Program-made: the position numbers and the translations under genes
Assembly: GCA_036721855.1 (NCBI GenBank)
Contig: DAIMKF010000006.1
Location: forward strand, 758-64,757
Reading direction: 5' to 3'
Length of the DNA stretch: 64,000 bases
From: Bacillota bacterium
GTDB taxonomy: Bacteria; Bacillota; DTU065
Shown: positions 39,110 to 49,400 of the stretch, in pieces
How the letters are laid out: every line of letters starts with the position of its first letter
How positions within the stretch are numbered: position 1 is the stretch's first letter
The notes under the pieces: model-generated
What the model saw: the letters and a program-made list of their open reading frames with translations, nothing else
What the model was told of the DNA's origin: nothing
Database searches by the model: none

Positions 39110-40192
39110 CTAAACCCGTTCCACTTCCCACAAAAGAATAACCCCTATGATTAAAAATAGGACTGTCGGTAGCCAAGCCCCTAGTATGGGGGTTATGATT
39201 CCTTCTATACCAAGTGTGCGAAAAAGAGCGCTCAATACATAGTACAGTAGTGCAATTCCAATGGCTAACCCCACACCTAAAAAAGTCCCGCCTTTGCCGA
39301 ATTTGATACTCAAAGGTGCGCCTAAAAGTACAAACACTAAACTTACTAAAGGTATAGATACCTTGCGATGGTAATCAACAATCAATTCATTAACATTGGC
39401 ACCTGATCTGCCAAAAATAGCAATCTGCTCGGCTAATTCTTTTCTTGTCATTTCACTGGTACTTTTTTGCACTCCAAAAATTGTTTCTAAATCCTGACCA
39501 ATATTAATAGCTACTTCTTTAAACTTTTTCTCACTGGTAACAAAGCCTGCCTCATCGAATTCCCTACTCATGCCATCTCTCAAAATAAGTGTTTTTTCTT
39601 CGTAACCGGCTTCTTTGGCTGAGATAATCTCCGGCAAGCCAATATAGTTGGTCTGATAAACCAAAACATCTTTCATAACACCATTAGTCCTATCTACATA
39701 ACGCACATAAAAATAGTAATTGCCTGTCCCTCTAAAGAATACATCTTCTTCGATTTGGGGTAAGTTATCTTGAAAGATCACTTTTCTAATAACCTCTTCA
39801 AACTCAGCATTAGCCCTAGGAGCTATGTAATCACCCAATATAAAAGACATAGCACTAATAGCAATTCCCAAGAGAATAAGAGGGGCTGCCAATGAAATAA
39901 AACTGATACCTGCTGTTCTCATAACAGTCATCTCTGAGTCTTTAACTAAACGTCCCAGAGAAATAAAAACTGCCAAAAGAACTGCCACAGGTAAGGTGAG
40001 AATAATAATATCTGGCAACTTAAACCAAATAAGTTTCAGAACTACGGTTAAAGGACTGCGGCGTGAAACCAAATAATCCATCAGCTCAAAAAGAAGATCA
40101 CTCATAAGGATTACTGTCATTCCAGCGATGCCCATTAAAAATGGTGCGGTGAATTCTTTAAGTATATAGCGTTTGAAAATCTTATTGTGCAT
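39110..40192 (-). CDS. LPS export ABC permease, LptF/LptG family (second copy)
   Basis: FKRYILKEFTAPFLMGIAGMTVILM start; same architecture as 21131..22225. The ATG at 40192 is preferred over the GTG at 40204. Confidence 0.8.
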   Translation of the reverse strand: MHNKIFKRYILKEFTAPFLMGIAGMTVILMSDLLFELMDYLVSRRSPLTVVLKLIWFKLPDIIILTLPVAVLLAVFISLGRLVKDSEMTVMRTAGISFISLAAPLILLGIAISAMSFILGDYIAPRANAEFEEVIRKVIFQDNLPQIEEDVFFRGTGNYYFYVRYVDRTNGVMKDVLVYQTNYIGLPEIISAKEAGYEEKTLILRDGMSREFDEAGFVTSEKKFKEVAINIGQDLETIFGVQKSTSEMTRKELAEQIAIFGRSGANVNELIVDYHRKVSIPLVSLVFVLLGAPLSIKFGKGGTFLGVGLAIGIALLYYVLSALFRTLGIEGIITPILGAWLPTVLFLIIGVILLWEVERV

Positions 40193-40213
40193 TGAATCAC
40201 CCACTTTAAGAAT

Positions 40214-40245
40214 TTAAAAATAGGCACCTGAGTCTAGGCGCCTAT
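40214..40245 (-). terminator. Terminator-like hairpin between the small barrel genes and lptF/G
   Basis: ATAGGCGCCT agactc AGGTGCCTAT TTTTAAATTCTT on the minus strand. The hairpin's T-tract ends about 20 nt before the lptF/G ATG at 40192. Confidence 0.5.
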
Positions 40246-40275
40246 CTTAGGCATCCGCCCTCATTTCCTCATCCC

Positions 40276-41097
40276 TTAAAAAACATAATTAAAGCCCGCA
40301 CTGTGACCAATCTTTCCCTCTTTATAAGCAAGACCTAAGTCTAGACTGTAGCGGTTTTTATCTTTAAGACCACTATATGTTACCCCTAAAGAGGGCATAA
40401 ATTGTTTAAATGTTGTATCTAGTCCTAAACCGCCTCGAAAACACCACGAGGTTCTTTTATACTCCAAACCAAAGCTAAAATTGGTCCTTTTGTCTGGACT
40501 AGTAAAAGCATCAAAGCTTATAGCTAAGGGCTGAATAATCCTAAAGGTAAGAGCAAGACGAACTAAAGATGTGTTTGATATCAATGAATTGTTATTGTCC
40601 GACCATGTTAAAATATCTTTTACCACTAGAGCCGTTGTTAGATTTTCAAACCAATCTGCCCCAATAGCTAGATCCATACCATACGAATTGGGGTTAGCCT
40701 TTCTATAGATCAGGTTTATCCCGCCGTAGACAGGACTAGTACAAAAAGCGATGGTGTAATAAAAATGGTTTTGTTTAGCTTCTGGGATGAAAAGCCAAGT
40801 AAGGCCTCCTGCTAATCTAAAATTAGTGAGTCTGGGGTTATATAAATCTGAAAAACCTGGTTCTAAATAACCCATAACGATCCTGTTTGTGCCAAAATAT
40901 TCATAGCCGCCTCCTAAAAGACGCCCTTTTAGCTGACTAAGTGCGGCAGGATTATTTAACACAGCATCAAACCCATAAGCTGTTGCGGCACCTAAATTTT
41001 TCTGACTAAAAAGTTCAGAGGCTAAACTTACTCTAGCCATAGCACAGATTATAAATACTAATGCTAAAGCCAACCATCTTTTTTGCAACCTCTCCAC
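40276..41097 (-). CDS. Putative small outer-membrane beta-barrel protein
   Basis: Signal peptide, alternating strand pattern, C-terminal ...GFNYVF. Confidence 0.45.
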   Translation of the reverse strand: MERLQKRWLALALVFIICAMARVSLASELFSQKNLGAATAYGFDAVLNNPAALSQLKGRLLGGGYEYFGTNRIVMGYLEPGFSDLYNPRLTNFRLAGGLTWLFIPEAKQNHFYYTIAFCTSPVYGGINLIYRKANPNSYGMDLAIGADWFENLTTALVVKDILTWSDNNNSLISNTSLVRLALTFRIIQPLAISFDAFTSPDKRTNFSFGLEYKRTSWCFRGGLGLDTTFKQFMPSLGVTYSGLKDKNRYSLDLGLAYKEGKIGHSAGFNYVF

Positions 41098-41100
41098 CTC

Positions 41101-41727
41101 CTAAAAAGTAGTGGTGAGATAGGCACCGATTGATAGAGTATTGAAGTTTAACAGGCCAATATCTACACCCAAGTTACGGTTAAATTGCAATCTGCTGCCA
41201 ACATTAAAAACTGCAGGTGTATCTTTTAAGTTGCTGTTATCCCTAAATTCACCCATTATTGTAACTACAGGCAAAAGGGTTCCTGCCGGAGATACAGTTA
41301 CCGGGTTTAGGACAAAACTAATGCCACCAAAAAATCCACCGTAACTGCCCGTACCAAAACCAAAATGCCCTTTTAGACCTTTATTGGTCAGATTTTTACT
41401 TGTCACTCCATAAAAAGCAGAGCCTGTTGCTCCTACCGCAAAAGCAGGAAGTTCGGGAGTCTCTTCAATTAAGCGCCATTTGAAAAAGCCAACAAGTGGC
41501 CTGTTTATTGCTCCTGCTATACCAAGTTCAACATTATCAATAAAAGTAGCTTTGAGATTGGCATAAAAACTTCTATAGGTATAGCTGATGCCTAAACCTG
41601 CCAGGCCGGGCCTTGCTGTATCAGTTGTTGGTATAGTCAAAAGTCCTCTTGGACCTAGATAATTATCGGCCTGAGCCAGGAAAACACATAGCAAAAAGAT
41701 TATAAAGCCCAGTAAAAGTCGTTTCAC
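41101..41727 (-). CDS. Putative small outer-membrane beta-barrel protein
   Basis: Signal peptide (CVFLAQADN), Gly/aromatic-rich strands, C-terminal ...YLTTTF. 4-nt overlap with lpxD. Confidence 0.45.
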   Translation of the reverse strand: MKRLLLGFIIFLLCVFLAQADNYLGPRGLLTIPTTDTARPGLAGLGISYTYRSFYANLKATFIDNVELGIAGAINRPLVGFFKWRLIEETPELPAFAVGATGSAFYGVTSKNLTNKGLKGHFGFGTGSYGGFFGGISFVLNPVTVSPAGTLLPVVTIMGEFRDNSNLKDTPAVFNVGSRLQFNRNLGVDIGLLNFNTLSIGAYLTTTF

Positions 41728-42797
41728 TTGTCGTTATTCTCCCCTCGGTCAAGACAACTAGCTATACTATCCAGCTTTTTTGCTATTTCTTTTATTTCTT
41801 TACGTAGCTTAGGGAGTTCTTGGAGACTTGCTTTAATCCGGTAGTCTTTCCTATGATCCGTGGCCGGAATACCGCTTACAATCTGATTGTTATCTAAGTC
41901 TCCGTCAACTAAAGACTTGCTCATAATGCCACAGTCATCGCCAATCCTTTGTTGCCCGGCAAACATAACCTGCCCTCCCACTTTAACTCGTTGGCCCAAA
42001 GCGGTGCTGCCCCCCAGGCCAATCTGTCCTGCTAGTATACTATCTTGACCGATGTAGCAGTTATGTCCGACATGAGTCATATCGCCTAATTTAACTCCGT
42101 TTTCGATCACAGTAGGTCCGGCAGCTCCGGAGGCAATAGAGGTATTAGAAAATATTTCAACATCATCACCGATTATTACTCCACCAATTTGCGGTACCTT
42201 CTGCCAGCCCTTTTCAGTGTAAACAAAGCCAAAACCTTCTACCCCTATTAGAGCTCCGGGATGAATTTGTACTCGATCGCCGATTACAACATTTTCTTTG
42301 ATAACTACTTGTGGGTAAATTACACAGTCTTTGCCAATTTTACTACCGGGTCCCACAAAAACGCCTGGGTAAAGTACTGTATTATCACCGATCTGGGCAT
42401 CATTGGCAACAAAAGCATAATCATAGACAGTGACCTTTTCTCCTAAATGGGCTTGAGGTTCAATTGTGGCCTTGGGACTAATTAGACCATTATAAATCAC
42501 CTTACGTGCAAAAAGTGCCAACACCTCACTGAAAGCTTTTCTGCCATCTAAAACTATAATTCCATTAACTTGTAGATCTTGAAAATACTTTTCTTCGATA
42601 ATATAAGCTGAAGCTTTTTTTAAGGCAGCAATATCTCTGGCTTCTTTGCCCGCCACTAAAGTTATTGCCCCACTGCCTGCCTGAAAAATTGGAGCTACAT
42701 GCGAAATTAATACCGAGGCATCACCAACGATAGTTCCGCCTGTCAGTGCACATATATCCTTTAACAAAACCTCTTTTTGTGGTGGCGATAATCTCAC
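41724..42797 (-). CDS. lpxD: UDP-3-O-acylglucosamine N-acyltransferase
   Basis: N-terminal LKDICALTGGTIVGD, left-handed beta-helix hexapeptides, and the GHNCYIGQDSILAGQIGLGGS region. The GTG at 42797 has an AGGAGGG RBS; the ORF opens at 42815. Confidence 0.88.
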   Translation of the reverse strand: MRLSPPQKEVLLKDICALTGGTIVGDASVLISHVAPIFQAGSGAITLVAGKEARDIAALKKASAYIIEEKYFQDLQVNGIIVLDGRKAFSEVLALFARKVIYNGLISPKATIEPQAHLGEKVTVYDYAFVANDAQIGDNTVLYPGVFVGPGSKIGKDCVIYPQVVIKENVVIGDRVQIHPGALIGVEGFGFVYTEKGWQKVPQIGGVIIGDDVEIFSNTSIASGAAGPTVIENGVKLGDMTHVGHNCYIGQDSILAGQIGLGGSTALGQRVKVGGQVMFAGQQRIGDDCGIMSKSLVDGDLDNNQIVSGIPATDHRKDYRIKASLQELPKLRKEIKEIAKKLDSIASCLDRGENNDK

Positions 42798-42834
42798 CTT
42801 GCTCCCTCCTAGCAAGCTGCTTTATTTACAAACC

Positions 42835-44022
42835 TTATTTTATCTGGTTATTTTCTTGTCTGTTTAACAACAAAAGCAATTCTTCGGTTAAATCCACAGC
42901 ATTATTAGGGATCTTATCGACTAATATCCCCGGGCGACAACCTCTTTTTATGGCTAATACTTTTAGACCTTCGAGGCATTCTTGCTCAATCCTCTTTAGA
43001 AGTTTTTCCTTTTTTGTAAGCAAATTTGCCAATTGATTTTGCTGTTTTTCTTTAAATGCATTTAATAAAAGTAATCTCTGCTTCTGGGCACTACCATGTT
43101 CAATATTCTCCAATGCTCTTGCAAGCTCGCTGCGTCTTTTTTCTGCAGCTTGAACTTCTTTTGTCATTGCCTGTAAATAATAGTTTTCTTTCTCCTTATA
43201 AGTTATTTCGAGCTCTTTTTCTTTTTTAGCTAAACTATTTAGCCTGTTTACAAGCAAATCATCCAGTTCATTTTTTTGCTCTTCTTTTAGTTCAATAAGT
43301 CGCTGCTGCCATTCTTGTTGCTTTTTTTCCAGCTCTTTTTCCGGGTTAGCTTCTCCTTTAGTACCGACTTCGTTTCTGTTAACATCAGTTTGCTTATTCT
43401 TAAAGCCTATGTCGACCCTGATGGAATATCTTGCTTGTATTTCAGTAGAGTTTTGTCTTCTTTCAAGATAGGCTAACTCTTGTAAATACTGTTCTTCTTC
43501 CAAGGCAATTCGCCTTTGATATTTTTCTAAAATCTGCTTTTGGGCTTTTTCCAGTTCATTATGTGCTTCTCTTTGGAGATTTTCCTTTTCCAAAACCATT
43601 TCTTTGCGAATTTGTATGAGCAGATCATCTTTTAATTTAGCTACCGAATTAGTTACTAATTCCAACTGCTTACCCAAAAATTTCTGGGGATTTGCCGAAC
43701 TTGTTTGGCTCTCCCATTCTTGCAAGAGATCATCGTAGGCTGATTGCTCTATTGTTCTTGTAGCGATCTCTCGGGTTAGTTTTTCAACTTCAGGGTAAAG
43801 GGGATGCTTTTTAAGAGCACTGTCTCTAACTGCCACTGCTTGATAGTTTATTGTGTTTTCTTGATAAACAGTCTCTGATTTGGTTGTTTTTTGGGGCTTT
43901 AGAAGACCTGTTTGTTGCTTAAAAAGGTTTAATGAATCTTTGTTACTTATAAATCCCACTATACAACCGCAAATAAAAAGCCCGACTACAAAGTTCCAAC
44001 TCCATTTCCTTTGGCCAGTCAC
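42835..44022 (-). CDS. Membrane-anchored, greatly elongated OmpH/Skp-family paralog
   Basis: N-terminal TM (FVVGLFICGCIVGFI). The body-domain strands (YQAVAVRDSALKKHPLY; KVLAIKRGCRPGILVDKIPNNAVDLTEELLLLLN) parallel those of the adjacent Skp, separated by about 300 aa of E/K/Q-rich coiled coil. Confidence 0.5.
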   Translation of the reverse strand: MTGQRKWSWNFVVGLFICGCIVGFISNKDSLNLFKQQTGLLKPQKTTKSETVYQENTINYQAVAVRDSALKKHPLYPEVEKLTREIATRTIEQSAYDDLLQEWESQTSSANPQKFLGKQLELVTNSVAKLKDDLLIQIRKEMVLEKENLQREAHNELEKAQKQILEKYQRRIALEEEQYLQELAYLERRQNSTEIQARYSIRVDIGFKNKQTDVNRNEVGTKGEANPEKELEKKQQEWQQRLIELKEEQKNELDDLLVNRLNSLAKKEKELEITYKEKENYYLQAMTKEVQAAEKRRSELARALENIEHGSAQKQRLLLLNAFKEKQQNQLANLLTKKEKLLKRIEQECLEGLKVLAIKRGCRPGILVDKIPNNAVDLTEELLLLLNRQENNQIK

Positions 44023-44047
44023 AGACAGTCCTCCTTTCTGTTTGGTT

Positions 44048-44080
44048 AAGAAAAAGAGGATGGACCGGGCCCATCCTCTT
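44048..44080 (-). terminator. Rho-independent terminator after skp
   Basis: AAGAGGATGG gcccggt CCATCCTCTT TTTCTT on the minus strand. Confidence 0.7.
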
Positions 44081-44085
44081 TGGTC

Positions 44086-44559
44086 TTACTTAATCTTGGC
44101 ACCAGCCTGTATTACTGCCTCGGTTATATCAAAAGCAGGATTACCATAATAAACAACGCCAGCATCAATTACCGAACTTAGCCCTTTCTCCTGGGCCACT
44201 TTGCTGATTGTGGAAAGAAGCTGGTTTTGAGCATTTTGAAGTTTCTCATCGAGTTTCAGTTCAACAATGCGATCATTAAGATCTTGTTGATATTTCAAAA
44301 AGACTTCTTGCTTAGCATCGTCTTTCATGTTTTTTGTTTCCTTATCAAACTTATCCTGCATTTTTTGTGTTTCAACATCAATAGTTTTTTGGATATCAAC
44401 AATCGGCTTAAACTCTGAAGAAAGTCTCATAATATCAACATAACCAATCGGACCATTAGCGTTTTTATCAATAGCACCACCGATAAAAACAACTGAAAGT
44501 AATGCAACAACTGCAATAGCTGCAATGATAACTAAACGCCAATTTTTAATCTGTTTCAT
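44086..44559 (-). CDS. skp: Periplasmic chaperone Skp/OmpH
   Basis: Signal/anchor sequence, IGYVDIMRLSSEF, a helical arm, and C-terminal KVAQEKGLSSVIDAGVVYYGNPAFDITEAVI. Lies downstream of bamA. Confidence 0.75.
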   Translation of the reverse strand: MKQIKNWRLVIIAAIAVVALLSVVFIGGAIDKNANGPIGYVDIMRLSSEFKPIVDIQKTIDVETQKMQDKFDKETKNMKDDAKQEVFLKYQQDLNDRIVELKLDEKLQNAQNQLLSTISKVAQEKGLSSVIDAGVVYYGNPAFDITEAVIQAGAKIK

Positions 44560-44576
44560 TTCTGATCACCTTTCTT

Positions 44577-46265
44577 TTAAAATGCCTGGCCTAAACTAAA
44601 GTAAAATTGGGACTTCCACTTTCCCTCTTCTTTGGTAAATCCGTAGTCGAGACGGATTGGGCCAATTGGTGTATTTATACGAATGCCAGGACCAAAACCT
44701 GTTTTAAAATTCGCCATATCAAAACCATTGTCCCATATTTGACCGGCATCTGCAAATAACACTAATTGAATCTGATCGGAAATAAGATAGCGATACTCAA
44801 GATTGCTTACAAGACGACGCTTACCGTCAAGTACACCAAACCTATAACCCCGAACGGTATCTGAGCCACCTAAATAATATTTCATATTCTCGGGTAATCT
44901 TTCATCGGGGGTAGTAACGACTCCACATTGAATATGTCCTGCTAAAACATGATTGCCAGCTTTATCAAGTTTAACGTATTTGGCCATATCAAAATCGTAC
45001 TTTTGGTAAGAATAGTTTCCACCCAATACCCTGCCCCCAAACTCTGTGAGCAATCTAATCCTTTGACCCTTACTTGGATAGAGGTAGTGGTTGGCATTGT
45101 CATAACTAAGTATAAACCCTAAACTACGTGTTTTCCAGTCAGTTAAGGTGTTTGTTGCTGACACTTTTTCCAAATTGTTATCTAAGGTGCCATTAACTGA
45201 TAAACGTAGATATTCTCCCAAAGGACGGCCAACTGATAAAGTAATTCCTTTGCGATCATCTTCTACATAGCTTCCATCGGCATTATCAATCTTTTGCTTA
45301 ATATAGTTAAGATCGACACCCAAAGAAGTTAAGCTCGAGCCTAAAAAAGGCTCGTAAAAACTTAAGCCAAGCATCCGCTTTTGTTTACCCAACTCGATCT
45401 TTGAGGATAACTTCTGACCATAACCAAAGAAATTGTCTTCTTGATATTGTAAATAACCGACAATACCATCAACAGAACTGTAGCCAAGGCCACCTAGGAT
45501 CTGACCTGATTTTCTTTCTTTGACATCGATAACCATAGTCTGTTCCATAGGTTTGTCGGTAGGCTCAAAGGAAATGTTCACTGAATCAAAGTAACCGGTA
45601 TTATAAAGTTTGCCATAAAGCTTTTCTAATTCGCCCTTTTTAGGAACATCACCTTTTTTAAGGGTTACATATCTTTTCACTACATTCTCTTTAGTCTTTT
45701 CCAACCCGGTAACTTTAACACCAGCGAGCTTAATTGTCACAAAGCTAATTTGAAATACATTGTTTTCATCTACAAAAGCATCGGCTGGTTCGATGTAGAT
45801 GCCGTAATCATTAGCTATACTTTCAATAAGTGCTTGTATCGTCTCTGAAGTTATTCTATTAATATTTAAAATCTCACCTACAGGTATATTTAACCTCTTG
45901 GCAATTTCGCTTGTAGGCACATCATCGACATCTAGCTTAATATTAACACCTTTAATAACCGGATTTTCTTCGAGTTTAAAATTGACTCTGATACCACCTA
46001 AATAAAACTTAGGTTCTACTTCCACAAAACTGAAAAAACCCATCTCGGTTATGGCCTTCATATCTTCCATCAACTTATTGTCATCGAGAGGTTCTCCAAT
46101 TTTTGTCGCTTTAATTACTTCTAAAATAGTAGCAGAGTCTATCTCCTGATTGCCAGAAACAGTTATCGAAGTAACAATAGCCTCCTCAGCGCTTCCAAAA
46201 CAAGATAAAGAAACAAAGAGGATGATTGCAATAAATATGCTAACAGAATTTTTCCTCCGAGTCAT
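44577..46265 (-). CDS. bamA: Outer-membrane protein assembly factor BamA (POTRA + Omp85 barrel)
   Basis: POTRA-like repeats (ITVSGNQEIDSATILEVI; IKGVNIKLD), an Omp85 barrel with YYLGGSDTVRGY, and C-terminal ...FYFSLGQAF. The ATG at 46265 has a GGGGG RBS. Confidence 0.85.
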   Translation of the reverse strand: MTRRKNSVSIFIAIILFVSLSCFGSAEEAIVTSITVSGNQEIDSATILEVIKATKIGEPLDDNKLMEDMKAITEMGFFSFVEVEPKFYLGGIRVNFKLEENPVIKGVNIKLDVDDVPTSEIAKRLNIPVGEILNINRITSETIQALIESIANDYGIYIEPADAFVDENNVFQISFVTIKLAGVKVTGLEKTKENVVKRYVTLKKGDVPKKGELEKLYGKLYNTGYFDSVNISFEPTDKPMEQTMVIDVKERKSGQILGGLGYSSVDGIVGYLQYQEDNFFGYGQKLSSKIELGKQKRMLGLSFYEPFLGSSLTSLGVDLNYIKQKIDNADGSYVEDDRKGITLSVGRPLGEYLRLSVNGTLDNNLEKVSATNTLTDWKTRSLGFILSYDNANHYLYPSKGQRIRLLTEFGGRVLGGNYSYQKYDFDMAKYVKLDKAGNHVLAGHIQCGVVTTPDERLPENMKYYLGGSDTVRGYRFGVLDGKRRLVSNLEYRYLISDQIQLVLFADAGQIWDNGFDMANFKTGFGPGIRINTPIGPIRLDYGFTKEEGKWKSQFYFSLGQAF

Positions 46266-46429
46266 TAACCTGCCCCCTAACAACATAGATCTCATACAGT
46301 TCTTAGCTTTAATTCTCGACCAGAATTATTATTCCTTCCCTTTAGACTCTATCACTTTGTGGGGTTACCTCCAACTAAGTATATTTGTCTTATTTTTTTA
46401 CCTAGCTGGTATTTCTTAGGAGATTAAAC

Positions 46430-46460
46430 TTTTGAGTCGAAGAAAACCTTCGACCCAAAA
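46430..46460 (-). terminator. Terminator-like hairpin after tamB
   Basis: TTTTGGGTCGAAG gtttt CTTCGACTCAAAA on the minus strand, a 13-bp stem including flanking A/U pairs. The downstream tail is weak (GTTTAAT). Confidence 0.4.
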
Positions 46461-46463
46461 GCA

Positions 46464-49400
46464 TTAAAAATTGATACCAAACTCAATACCTATACGGAAT
46501 TCACCTTTATCATCCAATGAGGCGGTAAGCTTGGTTTGGGGCTTAATCCTATACTCAAGTTTCATCATCTCTTTGGCTTTGATCTCTAAAGTTCTGGAAT
46601 AGGTAAAATAGAGGTTTTCAAAAAGATATTTCCCTGCTTTGAATTTCATGGTTCTTTCCATAATGTTTGGCTCAAGTTTAAATTCGTCGAGCTTAAATGT
46701 TTCCTTCATAACATTTTCCACATCACCTAAAACAGTTGCTTCGATTTGGTTGGTGACAATTCTTAAGAGTTCCTCTGTTAAAGCTTGTTGAATATTACCT
46801 CCGGCAAAATTACTAAAGCGATGTAGAGTTAACTTGCGAATAATTTCGGTCTCGCTCATAGGTGGATCTGAGATGAGTGTTGTCCTGAGATCTCCTAGAG
46901 TTCCATTTACCTGAACTCTAATATCGGCACTTGGAAGTCTGGTTAAAGCCTCAGCAGATATTAGTGGTAAAACCCCTCGGTAACGCTGGAAGATCAGCTG
47001 TGCTTTGGTTATTTCAAAAACATTATCAAGATAATTAATATTACCCTCTGTAGCCTCAACTCTGCCATCTAAGCCTAGGTTATTTAAGGGTCCTGTAATT
47101 TGCACAGAACCTGTACCCTTAGCATTTAAACCTAGCCCTTTAACACGAAACTCACCTCTATGATCGACATTTAAATCGAGTGTAATCGGTAGCTTAACAT
47201 AAGATTGTGCTGACTTTTCTTCAAAAGCTGCTAGATTTACATCGGTATCTTCCATTTCAATTTGGCCACTTATTAGCGGTGCCTTTAGAGTTCCGGCTAT
47301 ACGACCTTTGCCTGTAATAACTGTTTTTACCAGTTCTGTTTTATATGGTATTTTTGTAACGGCATAAGTTATGGAAAGATCAGGATTGAGGTGTTCTAAA
47401 TAAATTACACCTCCTATTTTAGCGCTTCCCTGACCTACTTTGGCACTGACATTGTTTATCTCAGCCTTATTACCTAAAAAGATAACCTCTCCTGTTAAAT
47501 CATCAATAGATTCCAGATAAGAAGTATAGCTCAGCGAAGCATCTGTAAGGATAATCGAGCCATTGAATTGTGGTTTCTGCCAGTCGCCCGAGACATCGAC
47601 ATTCACTTTTAGCTGCCCTCTATTAAAAGCAATGCCTCTAAAGAGTCCATTTAATGAACTCAAGTTGCTCTTGGGAGAGCGAACAGACAACTTTAAGGGT
47701 AGTTTTTTACCACTTGGTTTATTTAAAAATTTTTCTATGATCTCTGGTTCATCCGGCCAAGGAATCGTTCCTGTTACACTCAGTTCGTTACCTTCTAAAC
47801 TGGCTCTAAATTCAGTAATTCTAATTCCCTGATTATCAATGGCAAAAGAACCCAAAAGCCCCTTAAGTTGAAGTTGTTCGTAGTTTAGATTACTGGCTTC
47901 TAATTCCAATTTACCTTTGAAATTTTCAAGACTGCCAGTAAGATTAGCCTTGAAGTTAACTATACCATCTAAATTCTGGCTAAAATTAAGTGCTGGCTTA
48001 ATATTTCTAAGATCAACATTTCTTCCCTGCATAGTCCAGTTCAGATTACCATTTTTATTGTAGTTTCCGGCTAAAAGAATATTTGACCCATTGACGGCTA
48101 AATTAGCCTCACTAACCTGCAAGACACCACCTTCATATCTAATTTTAGCGGCGAAGGTTGGCTGAATATCAGCAAGCATCCATGTTGCTTTGGTTAAATC
48201 TAAATTCAGATGTGGGTCATCTATGGACCCAGATATTTGTGCGGTAAAATTAGCCCAGATATTCTCGGGGAGTTTGTAGCCGGCAAAAGATGCTATTTTT
48301 TGCACATCTGCTCTAAGGGCAGTCAGCTCACCGTTGATTTCCTTTGTTTTGAGATCATACTTACCTTTGGTAGAGAACAACCCTTGACCCCATCTAATCT
48401 CCGAATTACTTATTAATAAGCACTGATTAGCTAAACTAAACAACCCGGCAATACCATCGATACGCTGCCCTAAAACGATGGCATCCTCAACAACAATTTC
48501 CCCTCTGATATTAGGATCTTTTATTGTACCTGTTATCCTGCCGCTGTAGCTAGCTAAACCATCTGCAAGATACTTTTTATAGTCATCAGGGTAAGGTAGA
48601 GTTTTTAGGGGAATTTTTTTCAGATTAAGTTGCAGATCCATTTGGCCTAAGGTATCAACACTGCCAAACACGGAAAAACTCCCACGATTAAATTCTCCTT
48701 TGCCTCGGGTTATTAATAAAAGGCCTTGATTATAGGTGAGAGAAGCAGCTATATTTTTAGTTTCCAAACCAAAGATATTAACCGGACCTTTGCTCAGATC
48801 TAATTTAATCAAGGGATCATCTAATGTACCTTCCAAGGATAGATCAGCACAAATAGAACCTGTTGCCCAATCTAAATACCCCAGAGGTTCTAAGATTTCA
48901 CCGATATCCTGGTCACGAATAGATAGAGCTAACTTCCCGGAAATCTTATCCTTTAGCTTAATAAATCCATGTATGCCGTGAGTTGAACCACTTAGACTTG
49001 AAAGATTTAAATTGATGAGATTGATTACTTCTGCCTTAGGATCACCATTTAAATTCCCGGAAAGCCTCTTAAATTTGATGTCTTTATAAGCTGGATGTAG
49101 CCAATCTATACTTCCACTTGCTAAAGGATTTGTAATAGAACCGTTAATCCTTAAAACTAAATCGATGCGGCCGCCTAGATCTTTTAGTTGAGGAACTAAA
49201 GCAACAAAAGCATTCGGTTCAAAAGAACTGATGTTTAAATCAAGGTTAAGTTGTTCGGTTTCATTTAGTGGCAGTATCCCTGAGAGAAAAATTTTGGCTG
49301 GATCTATTTCAGCCTGTAGCCCCTCTAATCCGACTTTACCATCGCGAAGATAAAAACCACCTTTGAGATTAGTTGCCTTAATATTTTCATAAACCAGTTT

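Noticed and set aside
19847-40204. Nested ORFs inside the lpx, lpt, msbA, ABC and aminotransferase genes. Antisense (plus strand): 20088..20324, 20775..21188, 24246..24584, 24729..24971, 26928..27161, 28287..28640, 28863..29105, 30448..30636, 31498..31737, 32002..32295, 32471..33034, 33699..33905, 34262..34447, 35294..35512, 35666..35899, 36306..36527, 36544..36756, 38494..38724, 38738..38947 and 38948..39154. Same-strand alternative frame (minus): 27656..27856, 34451..34678, 37293..37478 and 38037..38237
   Set aside because: Each is fully or largely contained in a longer ORF with clear family motifs. None has a convincing RBS or a recognisable domain.
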